From: Acidimicrobiales bacterium
GTDB lineage: Bacteria; Actinomycetota; Acidimicrobiia; Acidimicrobiales; Acidimicrobilacustridaceae
Direction: 5' to 3'
Assembly (NCBI GenBank): GCA_025455885.1
Contig: JALOLR010000006.1
Coordinates: 13,913 to 77,912 of the forward strand
DNA: 64,000 bases
A program made the position numbers and the translations under genes. Position 1 is the first letter of the stretch. Every line of letters starts with the position of its first letter. The notes beneath the pieces are model-generated. The model made no database searches and was not told the origin of the DNA. It saw only the letters and a program-made list of their open reading frames with translations. Below, piece by piece: positions 19,981-31,406 of this stretch.

Positions 19981-20123
19981 GGCATTTCAGTGTACGAACT
20001 CGGCCGGCGCCGCGCCCTTCGAGTCGCCGGGACCGGCCGGTCGCCGCGGTCCGTACGGACCGGGCCGCCGGTACCCTCACCGGTCGTGACGGCGTACCCA
20101 CGCTGCGACGGACGGAGGATCCC

Positions 20124-21086
20124 ATGACCAGAGGTCGGCGACGGACGGCGGTGGCGGCGGTGGCCGCCGCGCTGGTGATGACCGCAGCCGCATGCGGGTC
20201 GGTCACGTCCGACGCCGAGGCGCGCCAGGTCTCCGGTGCGGTCGTGCGCGAGGCGGCCGAGCGCACCGGGCAGGTCACGTCCGGCCGCACCGTCGTCACG
20301 ACCTCGTTCGAAGGTTTCGACGGCGTCCTCGCGCCGCAGGACGGTGCCGAGGTCACGGTGGACGGCTCGTTCGACGTCGCCGCCGATCGCGCCACCGTCT
20401 CGGTCGACCTCACCGAGGTGGCCGGGGTGCTCGGGGGCGGCGTCGGTCGTCTGGGTGCGGCCCTGCTCCCAGGGCTCTTCGACGAGCCCTCGGTCGCCGT
20501 GGTCGACGGCACCGAGCTCTACCTCCGCTCGCCGGTGTTGGAGCTGGTCGACAGCCCGACACCATGGGTGTCGACCACCCTCGACGGTGCGGTGGGCAAT
20601 CCTGCCGGCGGCTTCGCCGACCCGCTCCGGCTGGACCGCCTCGACCAGGCCCGGGGCTTCATCGCCTACCTGGAGGGGGTCGGTGACGAGGTGACGGCGG
20701 CGGGGGGCGAGCAGATCGACGGTGTCGAGGCCACCCGCTACGAGGGGACGATCGATCTCGAGCGCCTCGTCGCCGAGCTGCCCGCCGACGAGCAGGCCCG
20801 AGCGACGGAGGGTCTGGACGCGATCACCGTGCGCCAGGTCCCGTTCGTGGTCTGGATCGACGGAGCAGGGCTCGTGCGCAGGGTGCAGTTCGCCCTCGAG
20901 GGTGTCACGCTCGGTGACGGGTCGGGCGGGCCGGGGCAGGGGACGGTCGTCGTCCGCGCCGATCTCCTCGCACCCGACCAGCCCGTGGTCATCGCGGTGC
21001 CGCCCGCCGAGCAGGTGACACCGGTCGAGTCGCTCGACGGGCCCGGGTCGGCGGTGTCGCCCCTCCTGCCCGACCTCGGCAACTGA
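20124..21086 (+). CDS. Lipoprotein, LppX/LprAFG (LolA-like)-type
   Basis: Signal peptide with lipobox AAAC; GGEQIDGVEATRYEGTIDL...VWIDGAGLVRRV pattern. Confidence 0.65.
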   Translation: MTRGRRRTAVAAVAAALVMTAAACGSVTSDAEARQVSGAVVREAAERTGQVTSGRTVVTTSFEGFDGVLAPQDGAEVTVDGSFDVAADRATVSVDLTEVAGVLGGGVGRLGAALLPGLFDEPSVAVVDGTELYLRSPVLELVDSPTPWVSTTLDGAVGNPAGGFADPLRLDRLDQARGFIAYLEGVGDEVTAAGGEQIDGVEATRYEGTIDLERLVAELPADEQARATEGLDAITVRQVPFVVWIDGAGLVRRVQFALEGVTLGDGSGGPGQGTVVVRADLLAPDQPVVIAVPPAEQVTPVESLDGPGSAVSPLLPDLGN

Positions 21087-21107
21087 GCCCGGCGGCCGCC
21101 GGGCGCC

Positions 21108-21485
21108 TCAGCGCGTCTTCGCGACGAAGTGCTCGGCGTCGACGATCACCCGGGTCACCCGTCCCGCGGCGACGAGCCCCCGTTCGTCGCTGACCGAGAC
21201 CGTGAACGCCACGCGTCGGCCGACGACCTTCTCGACGGTGGCGTCAGCGGTGACCCGGTGGCCGACCGCCGAAGGGGCGACGTGATCGATCTGCACCTTC
21301 ATGCTCACCGTCGTCTCGCCGGTGCCCAGCTCGCCCGCCACGGCGAGCATCGCCGCCTCCTCGCAGAGGGCGATCAGCCGGGGGGTGGCGAGCACCGCGA
21401 CCTCACCGGAGCGCAGCGCGATCGCGGTGTCGGCATCGGTGACGAGCAGTCCGATGCTGGCTGACTGGCCGACTTCCACGGGCAT
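21108..21485 (-). CDS. FlK-like hot-dog thioesterase
   Basis: VLATPRLIALCEEAA, TVSMKVQIDHVAPS; ATG at 21485. Confidence 0.8.
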   Translation of the reverse strand: MPVEVGQSASIGLLVTDADTAIALRSGEVAVLATPRLIALCEEAAMLAVAGELGTGETTVSMKVQIDHVAPSAVGHRVTADATVEKVVGRRVAFTVSVSDERGLVAAGRVTRVIVDAEHFVAKTR

Positions 21486-21632
21486 CGCCGGTACGCTACG
21501 TCGCTCACCACCTGTGGGCCAGCCGGCCGCAGCGCCGACCTCCGGACCGGCTTGGCCGACAGTTTCACTTACCCCACGACAACGATGCTGTCGGATGCCC
21601 CCGTGCCGGCGGCGAACGGAGAGGACCACGGC

Positions 21633-23020
<1,388 letters not shown>

Positions 23021-23024
<4 letters not shown>

Positions 23025-24361
23025 GCGACCTGCTCGACATCGCCGACCGCCTCGTCGCCATGGCCGCGGGCGACGAGCAGGTGGAGGCCGTCGTGGTGCG
23101 AGGGCTCGACACCGAGATCAAGGTCTTCGAGGGTGAGGTCGAGTCGCTCAGCTCCGCCCAGTCCGAGGGCCTGGGCGTGCGGGTCGTCGTAGGGGGTCGC
23201 CAGGGCTTCGCCTACGCCGGCAGCCTCGACGCCGACGTGCTCGGGGAGACCCTCGCCGAAGCGCGTGACAACGCCCGCTTCGCCACCGTCGACGACCATG
23301 CCGGGCTGGCCGAGCCCGACGGGGTCGCCCCCGCGGAGCTCGACCTGTACCGGGCGTCGTTGGCCGAGCGGCCCACCGACGACAAGGTCGCCCTCGCCGT
23401 CGAGCTCGAGCGGGCGGTGCGTGCCGCCGACCCGCGGATCTCGGGCATCGAATCCGCCGAGTACGTCGACTCGCTGTCCGAGGCCGCCATCGTGACCACC
23501 ACGGGACTGCGGAGCCTCAGCCGGGACTCGAGCTGCTACGTGGCGACCTACGCCATGGCCAGCGACGGCCCCGACACCCAGACCGGCTTCGGGTTCTCGG
23601 TCGGCCGGGAGATCGACGACCTCGACGTGGCCCGCGCCGCGGCCGACGCCGCCGAGCGCGCCACCCGGCTCCTCGGCGCCGGCAAGCCGCCGAGCGAGCG
23701 GGTCACCGTGGTGCTCGACCCGTGGGTCACCGCGCAGTTCCTCGGGCTGTTGGGGCACACCCTCAACGGCGAGGCCGTGGCCAAGGGGCGCTCGCTGTTC
23801 GCCGATCGGCTCGGCGAGCAGGTGGCGTCGCCGCTGCTCACCCTGGTCGACGACCCGACCGACCCCCGCGCCTTCACCGCCACCGACACCGACGGGGAGG
23901 GTCTCGCCACCCGCCGCAACGTGCTCATCGCGGACGGGGTGCTCGATCGGTTCGTCCACAACGCGTACTCCGCCCGCCGGGCGGGGACGACCAGCACCGG
24001 CAACGCCGTCCGCGGCTACTCGTCGACCCCCTCGGTGGGGTGCATGGCCGTCACCGTGCTCCCCGGCACCGCCGACCAGGCCGAGCTCGTCGCGCAGGTG
24101 GGCGAGGGCGTCCTCGTCCAGGACGTGTCGGGACTGCACTCCGGCGTCAACCCGGTGAGCGGCGACTTCTCGACGGGGGCCGAGGGACTGCGCATCCGGG
24201 GCGGCGAGCTGGCCGATCCGGTCCGGGAGTTCACGATCGCGTCCACCCTGCAGCGGATGCTGCTCGACGTGACCGCCGTCGGCGGCGATCTGGAGTGGCT
24301 GCCGATGAACGCCGCCGGGGTCAGCCTGGTGATCCGCGACGTCACCGTCTCCGGCGCGTGA
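23021..24361 (+). CDS. pmbA: TldE/PmbA non-catalytic subunit, paralogue 1
   Basis: PmbA fold features (GLGVRV..RQGFAY, DGEG, SGVNPVSGDFS); no HExxxH; GTGA overlap with tldD. Confidence 0.88.
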
Positions 24362-25740
24362 CGGCCGGCCCGACCGGAATGGACGCCCCCGACCAGCAGT
24401 GCGCCGATCTCCTCGCGGCGGCCACGGCCATCGCGGCCCGGGCCGCGTCCGGCGAGCAGGTGGAGGCCTTCGTGGCCCGCTCCTCCTACACGAGCGTGAA
24501 GGCCCACGGTGGCGAGATCGAGTCGTTCTCGTCGGCCACCACCGCGGGGATCGGCATCCGGGTGGTGCGCGACCACCGCCAGGGCTTCGCGTGGGCGGGC
24601 ACCCTCGATCCCGGGGTCGTCGCCGAGACGCTCGCCGACGCCCGCGACAACGCCTCGTTCGCGGAGCCCGACGAGTGGGTGGGCCTGGCCGAGCCGGACG
24701 GGGTGGCCCCCGTTCCGTTCGACCCGTTCGATCCCGCGGTCGCGGCCCTCCCCACCGAGCGCAAGGTGGCCCTGGCCCTCGACCTCGAGGCCCGCGTCCG
24801 GGCCGGCGATCCTCGCATCACCGGCGTCCGGGTGGCGTCGTTCTCCGACTCCAGCAGCCACGTCGCCGTGGCGACGAGCACCGGCATCGCCGGATCGGGT
24901 CGCTCGGCGTGGTGCTCGATGGGCGCGCTGGCCCTGGCCGGCGACGGGACCGAGACCTACACCGGGGCGGGATCCACCGTCGCGTTCTCACCCGACGAGC
25001 TCGACCTGGACGAGGCCGCCGGGGACGCCGTCCGACGCGCCGTCCGCCTGTTCGGCGCCCGCCCGGTCGCCTCGCAACGCCTCGCCGTGGTGCTCGAGCC
25101 CCGGATCGCCGCCGCCGTGGTCGGCCTCCTCGGGTCCACTCTCGGCGGCGACCGGGTGCTGCGCGGCCGTTCGCCCTTCGCCGACCGGCTGGGGGACCAG
25201 ATGGCGTCGCCGCTGCTCACCCTCGTCGACGATCCCACCGATCACCGGTCCTACGGTGCCGAGACGCTCGACGGTGAGGGTCTGGCCTGTCGCCGCAACG
25301 TCCTCGTGGCCGACGGCGTGCTCCAGGCGTTCCTGTACGACTCGGCGACGGCTCGCCGCGCCGGAGTGGCGTCCACCGGTTCCGCGGTCCGGGGCGTGTC
25401 GTCGACCCCGTCGGTCGGGTGCCATGCCCTCGCGGTGTCCCCCGGCGCCGGCTCCCAGGACGAGCTCGTCGCCGGCGTCGAGACCGGACTCCACGTCCAG
25501 TCGATGACCGGCTGGCACTCCGGCGTCAACCCGGTCAGCGGCGACGTCTCGGTCGGGGTGGAGGGGCTCATGATCCGGGACGGGCAGCTGGCCGAGCCGG
25601 TGCGCGAGGTGACGATCGCCTCGACGCTCCAGAAGCTCCTGCTCGGCGTGGTGGCGGTCGGTGACGACGTCGAGTGGCTGCCGAGCGGCACGGGCTGTCC
25701 GACGATCGTGTTCGGCGACGTCAGCCTCAGCGGTACGTAG
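24358..25740 (+). CDS. pmbA: TldE/PmbA non-catalytic subunit, paralogue 2
   Basis: Aligns by eye along its length with 23021..24361; no HExxxH; start GTG 24358 or ATG 24379. Confidence 0.85.
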   Translation: MTAGPTGMDAPDQQCADLLAAATAIAARAASGEQVEAFVARSSYTSVKAHGGEIESFSSATTAGIGIRVVRDHRQGFAWAGTLDPGVVAETLADARDNASFAEPDEWVGLAEPDGVAPVPFDPFDPAVAALPTERKVALALDLEARVRAGDPRITGVRVASFSDSSSHVAVATSTGIAGSGRSAWCSMGALALAGDGTETYTGAGSTVAFSPDELDLDEAAGDAVRRAVRLFGARPVASQRLAVVLEPRIAAAVVGLLGSTLGGDRVLRGRSPFADRLGDQMASPLLTLVDDPTDHRSYGAETLDGEGLACRRNVLVADGVLQAFLYDSATARRAGVASTGSAVRGVSSTPSVGCHALAVSPGAGSQDELVAGVETGLHVQSMTGWHSGVNPVSGDVSVGVEGLMIRDGQLAEPVREVTIASTLQKLLLGVVAVGDDVEWLPSGTGCPTIVFGDVSLSGT

Positions 25741-25775
25741 GGCTCCTCGCTCGCCAGAACCACCGGGACGATCGC

Positions 25776-26927
25776 TCAGATCACCCCGGTGGCGAGCAGG
25801 CCGACCGTGAGCGCGGCGGCGGCGAGGCGTTCCCAACCGAAGACGGCGAGGCTCCGGGTCTGCAACCAGTTCAGCATCCATCTGATGGCCAGCGCGGCCG
25901 AGACGAACGCGAACAGCAGCCCGACCATCGGATCGACCCAGCCGTAGGCGTCGACCATCATCGACCCGTTCGTGGTGGCTTCGTAGAGCGTCGCTCCGGC
26001 GAGGGTCACGAGACCGAGCAGGAAGCTGAACTCCACGGCGGCGACCAGCGTGGCGCCCACCGCCAGGGCAGCCAGGATCGTCACCAGGCTCCGGCTCGTG
26101 CCCGGCCACATCGCGAGCACCTGGGCCCCACCGATGACGAGCGCCTGTCGAGGGCCCATGGCGGTGAGCGCGAACCCCGGTCGGTGGGCGCGCACCTTGT
26201 CGGCCACGGCCAGCACCACCACGCCGCCGATCGCCCAGGCGGCCACCACCGGCCACGGGCCGAGCAGGTTGTCCTTGATCGGTCGCTCGAACACGAGGCC
26301 GATGACGACCGCCGGCGCGGTGGCGAGCACCAACGCCACGAGCAGCCGTCGGCCCTCGGCGTCGCGGCCGAGGAGCCCGGCCACGATCGTGGCGATCCGC
26401 CGTCGGTAGAGCACGAGGACGGCGAGGATGGCGCCGAACTGGATGGCGATGGCGTAGCTGTCGGCCGCGTCCTTGGTCGACGGGTCCTCGCCGATCCCGA
26501 GGATGCGTTGGGTCACGAGGAGGTGGCCGGTCGAGCTGATCGGGAGGTACTCCGTCACCCCCTCGACGATGCCGAGGACCGCGGCCTTCCAGGTCGTCAT
26601 CTCCGAGTCGGCGGCGTCGGTGTCCACCACCCGGTCGACCGCAGGGTCGTCGTCGGGACGGGCGGTGACCGGCGTAGGTGACTCCCCCCCGGTGAGGTCG
26701 GTGGCGGAGGCCGGGGGGGCGGGTTGGGCCAGGCTCGTCGTGCCCGTCCAGGACGTGGCTGCCACCAGCGCGAGGAGCACGGCGGCGGCGACGACGACCG
26801 AGGCGGGAGCTGGTGCCCGTCGGGCCCTGCGGAGGCCCGCCCGCCGACCGGGGGGCGGGCAGGGGAGTCCGGGCACGATCGGGGACGCTACCCCTGCGTC
26901 CGCCGGTGGTCGGGGCATCCCGACCAC
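25776..26927 (-). CDS. uppP: Undecaprenyl-diphosphate phosphatase, possibly with N-terminal extension
   Basis: GIVEGVTEYLPISSTGHL and PGTSRS motifs; core could start at ATG 26600, true start uncertain. Confidence 0.9.
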   Translation of the reverse strand: MVGMPRPPADAGVASPIVPGLPCPPPGRRAGLRRARRAPAPASVVVAAAVLLALVAATSWTGTTSLAQPAPPASATDLTGGESPTPVTARPDDDPAVDRVVDTDAADSEMTTWKAAVLGIVEGVTEYLPISSTGHLLVTQRILGIGEDPSTKDAADSYAIAIQFGAILAVLVLYRRRIATIVAGLLGRDAEGRRLLVALVLATAPAVVIGLVFERPIKDNLLGPWPVVAAWAIGGVVVLAVADKVRAHRPGFALTAMGPRQALVIGGAQVLAMWPGTSRSLVTILAALAVGATLVAAVEFSFLLGLVTLAGATLYEATTNGSMMVDAYGWVDPMVGLLFAFVSAALAIRWMLNWLQTRSLAVFGWERLAAAALTVGLLATGVI

Positions 26928-27012
26928 CGCGACGCGGCCCTTCCCCGCGCCCCGGCCCCCGTTCTAGGGTTGGGCCCTTCCCCCTCTGCGTCGGTCAGCG
27001 GAGGTCACACGA

Positions 27013-27633
27013 GTGGGAGCAGTGCGCAGAGGGCTCCGGGCCCCCCGGCGGTGGCGGCGGTTCCCCGGCCGGTGGGCGCTCGGCGCGACGTTGGCGGTGG
27101 TCGCCGGGGTGGCGGCCGCATCCCTGGTGGAGCGGGCCGACGCCGTGCGGTCGGCCTACGGCGAGCACCGCACGGTGCCGGTCGTGACGCGGTCGCTGGC
27201 CGCCGGCGCGGTCATCGGCCCGGGCGACGTCGCCATGCTCGACCGGCCGCTGGTGGCGGTGCCCGACGGCGTGGCCGTCGATCCGGTCGGCCGGGTGGTC
27301 CGCTCGCCGCTCGTCGTCGGCGAGGTGCTGGCCGAGGTCCGCCTGGGCGGCTCGGGAGAGGGTCCGGCGGCCCTCCTCGACCCCGACGCGAGGGCGCTGG
27401 CCGTGCCCCGGTCGCCCGACGGCCTGGCGCTGGCCGTCGGCGACCTCGTCGAGGTGCTCGCGCCCGACGACCGGGGCGCCGGGGGTGCCCGGCGCGTCGC
27501 GCGAGCCGCGGACGTGCTCGCTGTCGACGAGGGTTCGGTCACGCTCGGGGTGTCGGCCGCTGAGGCGCCCGGGGTGGCCCGGGCCGTGCTCGACGGGGCG
27601 GTGGCGTTGGCTCTCGTCGGCCCGTCGCCCTGA
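27013..27633 (+). CDS. SAF-domain / CpaB-like protein
   Basis: N-terminal TM, VPVVTRSLAAGAVIGPGDV SAF pattern, C-terminal LAVGDLVEVL...VLAV RcpC-like segment. Confidence 0.7.
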   Translation: MGAVRRGLRAPRRWRRFPGRWALGATLAVVAGVAAASLVERADAVRSAYGEHRTVPVVTRSLAAGAVIGPGDVAMLDRPLVAVPDGVAVDPVGRVVRSPLVVGEVLAEVRLGGSGEGPAALLDPDARALAVPRSPDGLALAVGDLVEVLAPDDRGAGGARRVARAADVLAVDEGSVTLGVSAAEAPGVARAVLDGAVALALVGPSP

Positions 27634-27640
27634 TCGCCGC

Positions 27641-27985
27641 TCAGGCGGCGCTCGAGCTCGACGATCCGCCGCCGGTGGGGGCGGGAGGTGCCGAGGGGGT
27701 GTCGGCCTTCGTGCTCCCACCATCGGTCGAGGAGGAGGAGGCGGTGGCGGTGTCCTTCGACGAGGTGCCGCCCGTGTCGCCCGGGCTCGACGAGGTCGTG
27801 GTGGACGAGCCGCGGGCGTCGTTCTTGTAGAAGCCGCTGCCCTTGAACGAGATGCCCACCGAGCCGAAGCGCTTCTTCAGCAGTCCCCCGCAGGAGGGGC
27901 ACTCGGTCAGGGGGTCGTCGGTGAAGGCCTGCTGGGCCTCGAGCTCGTGTCCGCAGTCCTTGCAGCGGTACTCGTAGGTGGGCAT
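27641..27985 (-). CDS. FmdB-family zinc-ribbon protein (Rv0991c/Ruc-like) with Ser/Thr-rich tail
   Basis: MPTYEYRCKDCG...CPSCGG...GISFKGSGFYKND. Confidence 0.92.
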   Translation of the reverse strand: MPTYEYRCKDCGHELEAQQAFTDDPLTECPSCGGLLKKRFGSVGISFKGSGFYKNDARGSSTTTSSSPGDTGGTSSKDTATASSSSTDGGSTKADTPSAPPAPTGGGSSSSSAA

Positions 27986-28033
27986 CCGTGGTCCTCCGGG
28001 TCCAGCCGATCGTCCCGCGCCGCCGACGCGGTG

Positions 28034-28060
28034 CTGGCACTCTCCAAGTGCGAGTGCCAG
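28034..28060. promoter_or_regulatory. CIRCE element (HrcA operator)
   Basis: CTGGCACTC-N9-GAGTGCCAG perfect inverted repeat matching the GCACTC-N9-GAGTGC CIRCE core, about 50 nt upstream of the FmdB gene. Confidence 0.85.
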
Positions 28061-28153
28061 CCTACCCGGCACCCCGTGCCGGTCGCATCCTCGTCCCCCG
28101 GCCCCGGCTCGACGGCCCCTACCATGCGAGGGTCCCCGAACAGAGGAGCCCCC

Positions 28154-29041
28154 GTGCCCACCTCCCGAGTCACCAAGGCCGTCATCCCCGCCGCCGGTCT
28201 CGGCACCCGGTTCCTCCCGGCGACCAAGGCCCAGCCCAAGGAGATGCTGCCGATCGTCGACAAGCCGGCGATCCAGTACGTGGTGGAGGAGGCCGTCCGG
28301 GCCGGCATCGACGACATCCTGATCATCACCGGGCGGGGGAAGCGCACGCTCGAGGACCACTTCGACCGGAACTTCGAGCTCGAGTACTACCTCGAGCAGC
28401 GGGGCAAGACGGCCGACCTCGAGGAGATCCAGGCCCTCGCGGAGATGGCCGACATCCACTACGTCCGCCAGGGCGAGCCGCTCGGGCTCGGCCACGCCGT
28501 GTCGGTGGCCCGCAAGCACGTCGGCGAGAACCCTTTCGTCGTCATGCTCGGCGACGACATCATGGTCGGCGAGTCGGCCGTGCTCTCCGACATGATCGAC
28601 ACCTACGAGAAGTACGGCCGGTCGGTCGTGGCGCTCTCGGAGTTCCCCACCGACGAGATCTCGTCGTACGGCTGCGTCGATCCCGAGATCCTGAGCGACG
28701 ACCTCGTCCGGCTCCGGGGGATCGTCGAGAAGCCGGCCCCCCAGGACGCCCCGTCCAACCTCGCCGTCATGGGTCGCTACGTCTTCACCCCCGAGATCTT
28801 CGACGCGCTCGCACACGTCCGACCCGGCGTGGGCGGCGAGATCCAGCTCACCGACGCCATCGCCCTCCTCCTCGACAGCCAGACCGTCTACGGCTGGGTC
28901 TTCCGCGACGGTCGCTACGACATCGGCAAGAAGCTCGACTACCTGAGGGCCACCGTCGAGCTGGCCCTCGATCGGGACGACCTGGGGCCCGAGTTCCGGC
29001 GGTTCCTGGTCGACCTGGTCGACAAGCGCGACCTGCGGTGA
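28154..29041 (+). CDS. galU: UTP-glucose-1-phosphate uridylyltransferase
   Basis: KAVIPAAGLGTRFLPATKAQPKEMLPIVDKP, QGEPLGLGHAV, VEKP, GEIQLTDA. Confidence 0.96.
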   Translation: MPTSRVTKAVIPAAGLGTRFLPATKAQPKEMLPIVDKPAIQYVVEEAVRAGIDDILIITGRGKRTLEDHFDRNFELEYYLEQRGKTADLEEIQALAEMADIHYVRQGEPLGLGHAVSVARKHVGENPFVVMLGDDIMVGESAVLSDMIDTYEKYGRSVVALSEFPTDEISSYGCVDPEILSDDLVRLRGIVEKPAPQDAPSNLAVMGRYVFTPEIFDALAHVRPGVGGEIQLTDAIALLLDSQTVYGWVFRDGRYDIGKKLDYLRATVELALDRDDLGPEFRRFLVDLVDKRDLR

Positions 29042-30294
29042 TCCCCCTCGACGAGGCCCGGTCGTACGTCCTCGACGGGTGCCGGCCGGGCACGGCGGTC
29101 ACCGTGGAGCTCCCTTCTGCTCTCGGCGGGGTCACCGTCCAGCCGATCGTGGCCGGCGAGGCCGTGCCGCCGTTCGCGAACACCGCCATGGACGGGTTCG
29201 CGGTCCGCGCCGCCGACACCGTCGGGGCCGACGTCGATGCGCCGATCGAGCTGCGGGTGGTCGGCACCGTCCGAGCGGGCACGTCCGGCGCCGACGTGGC
29301 CGTGGGGGCCGGCGAGGCGGCCCGCATCATGACCGGGGCCCCGATGCCCCCGGGCGCCGACGCCGTGGTCATGGTCGAGCGCACCGAGGCGGACGACGAG
29401 CGGGGCACGGTGGCCGTCTCGCTCGAGGTGGAGCCGGGCCGGCACATCCGACCGGTCGGCGACGACGTCGGCGTCGGCGACGAGGTCGTGGCGGCAGGCA
29501 CGGTGCTCACCGCCGGCCACCTGGGGGTCCTCGCCACGGTGGGCGTCACCGACGTCGCCGTCGTGCACCGACCGGTGGTCGGGGTGCTCTCGACCGGTGA
29601 CGAGCTCGTCGGCGACGGACGCCCCCTCGGCCCCGGCCAGATCCGCGACTCCAACCGGCTCGCGCTCCGCGCCCTGATCGGGCTGGCCGGGTTCGACGTC
29701 GTCGACCTGGGGCTCGTCCCCGACGACGAGGCGGCGATCGACGTCGCCCTGCGCCACGGCGTCGAGCGGTGCGACGCGCTCGTCACCAGCGGTGGGGTGA
29801 GCATGGGCGACTTCGACTACGTGAAGGTGGTGCTCGACCGCATCGGGGACATGCGCTGGATGCAGGTCGCCATCCGCCCCGCCAAGCCGTTGGCCTTCGG
29901 CACCGTGCGGCGTGCCGACGGGACCACGGTCCCGGTCTTCGGCCTCCCGGGGAACCCGGTCTCCTCGATGGTGAGCTTCGAGCTGTTCTGCCGCCCCGCC
30001 CTGCGCCAGATGGCAGGGCGGGTCGGGGCCGACCGGTTCCGGCCGAGCGTGGTGGCGCTCGCCGGCGAGGACCTGGGCCGCCGCCCCGACGGCAAGGTGC
30101 ACTTCGCCCGGGTCACCTGTCGTCGCGACGCCGTCGACGGGCGCATGCACGTCCGGTCCGCCGGCGCCCAGGGCTCCCACCAGCTCACCGCCATGGCCGG
30201 TGCCGACGGGCTGGCCGAGCTGCCCGACGGTCCGGGAGTCGCCGCGGGGGAGCCGGTGACCGTGCACCTGCTCGACGCCGCGCTGGGCTTCTGA
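29038..30294 (+). CDS. moeA: Molybdopterin molybdenumtransferase
   Basis: PFANTAMDGFAV, IMTGAPMP, STGDEL, SGGVSMGDFD, GLPGNPVS. Confidence 0.95.
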   Translation: MIPLDEARSYVLDGCRPGTAVTVELPSALGGVTVQPIVAGEAVPPFANTAMDGFAVRAADTVGADVDAPIELRVVGTVRAGTSGADVAVGAGEAARIMTGAPMPPGADAVVMVERTEADDERGTVAVSLEVEPGRHIRPVGDDVGVGDEVVAAGTVLTAGHLGVLATVGVTDVAVVHRPVVGVLSTGDELVGDGRPLGPGQIRDSNRLALRALIGLAGFDVVDLGLVPDDEAAIDVALRHGVERCDALVTSGGVSMGDFDYVKVVLDRIGDMRWMQVAIRPAKPLAFGTVRRADGTTVPVFGLPGNPVSSMVSFELFCRPALRQMAGRVGADRFRPSVVALAGEDLGRRPDGKVHFARVTCRRDAVDGRMHVRSAGAQGSHQLTAMAGADGLAELPDGPGVAAGEPVTVHLLDAALGF

Positions 30295-30341
30295 GATCGG
30301 CCACCGGCTCCCGGGGGTCGCGACCGCTACCCTCCCCGCCC

Positions 30342-31343
30342 ATGGCCCCGCACGCGGACGCGCTGACCGACACCTTCGGGCGCGTCCACCGCGACCTGCG
30401 CATCTCGGTGACCGACAGGTGCAACTTCCGCTGCACCTACTGCATGCCCGCCGAGGGCATGCCGTGGCTCCCGCGCCAGGACCTCCTCACCTACGAGGAG
30501 CTGGCGCGAGTGGCGCGGGTCTGCGTGGAGCGGTTCGGGTTCGACGGCATCCGCCTGACCGGCGGGGAGCCGACGGTGCGGGCCCACCTGCCGGTGCTCG
30601 TCGAGAAGCTGGCGGCGCTCGACGTCGACCTGGCGCTCACCACCAACGGCTCGACGTTGCGCCTGGTGGCCCACGACCTCGCGGCTGCCGGTCTGCGGCG
30701 CATCAACGTCTCCTGCGACTCGTTGCGCCCCGAGCGCTTCGCCGACATCACCAAGCGCGACGAGCTGGCGCGGGTGCTCGACGGGGTGCAGGCGGCCCTG
30801 GAGGCCGGTTTGGCGCCGGTCAAGCTCAACGTGGTGGTCATGCGGGGCGTGAACGACGACGAGATCGTGGACTTCGCGGCCTACGGGCGGGAGACGGGTG
30901 TGACGGTCCGCTTCATCGAGTTCATGCCGCTCGACGCCCAGGGGGAGTGGACCAACGACCAGGTCGTCGGACAGTCCGAGATCGTCGCCGCCGTCGACGC
31001 GGTCTTCCCCCTCGAGCCGGTCGGCCCCGAGGCGCGTGGATCGGCGCCGGCCGACCGGTGGCGCTACCTCGACGGCGCCGGCGAGATCGGCGTGATCGCG
31101 AGCGTCACCCAGGCCTTCTGCGACTCGTGCGATCGGGTCCGCCTCACCGCCGAGGGGATGTTGCGTCACTGCCTCTTCGCGACCCGAGAGCTGGATCTGC
31201 GCACCCTGCTGCGGTCGGGGGCCTCCGACGACGACCTCGCGGATGCCATCCGTGTCGAGGTCGGGGCCAAGTGGGCCGGGCACCAGATCAACCAGGTGCA
31301 CTTCATCCGCCCGTCGAGGTCGATGAGCCAGATCGGCGGCTGA
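30342..31343 (+). CDS. moaA: GTP 3',8-cyclase (radical SAM)
   Basis: LRISVTDRCNFRCTYCM, FCDSCDRVRLT..G..RHCL, C-terminal MSQIGG. Confidence 0.96.
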   Translation: MAPHADALTDTFGRVHRDLRISVTDRCNFRCTYCMPAEGMPWLPRQDLLTYEELARVARVCVERFGFDGIRLTGGEPTVRAHLPVLVEKLAALDVDLALTTNGSTLRLVAHDLAAAGLRRINVSCDSLRPERFADITKRDELARVLDGVQAALEAGLAPVKLNVVVMRGVNDDEIVDFAAYGRETGVTVRFIEFMPLDAQGEWTNDQVVGQSEIVAAVDAVFPLEPVGPEARGSAPADRWRYLDGAGEIGVIASVTQAFCDSCDRVRLTAEGMLRHCLFATRELDLRTLLRSGASDDDLADAIRVEVGAKWAGHQINQVHFIRPSRSMSQIGG

Positions 31344-31406
31344 GGCCGCCGCCCGGGCGGATCCGGTGGGAGCCGCCGTCGGCTGCCCCGCCTAGACTCG
31401 CCTCTC

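Noticed and set aside
20047-20062. Perfect 16-bp palindrome CGGTCCGTACGGACCG in a divergent intergenic region
   Set aside because: Mostly G/C; a few such palindromes are expected by chance in 64 kb of this composition; no supporting motif
27013-27633. Tad/Flp pilus locus
   Set aside because: Only an isolated SAF/CpaB-like gene; no ATPase, TadB/C or pilin nearby, and a SAF gene beside fmdB is a common actinobacterial arrangement
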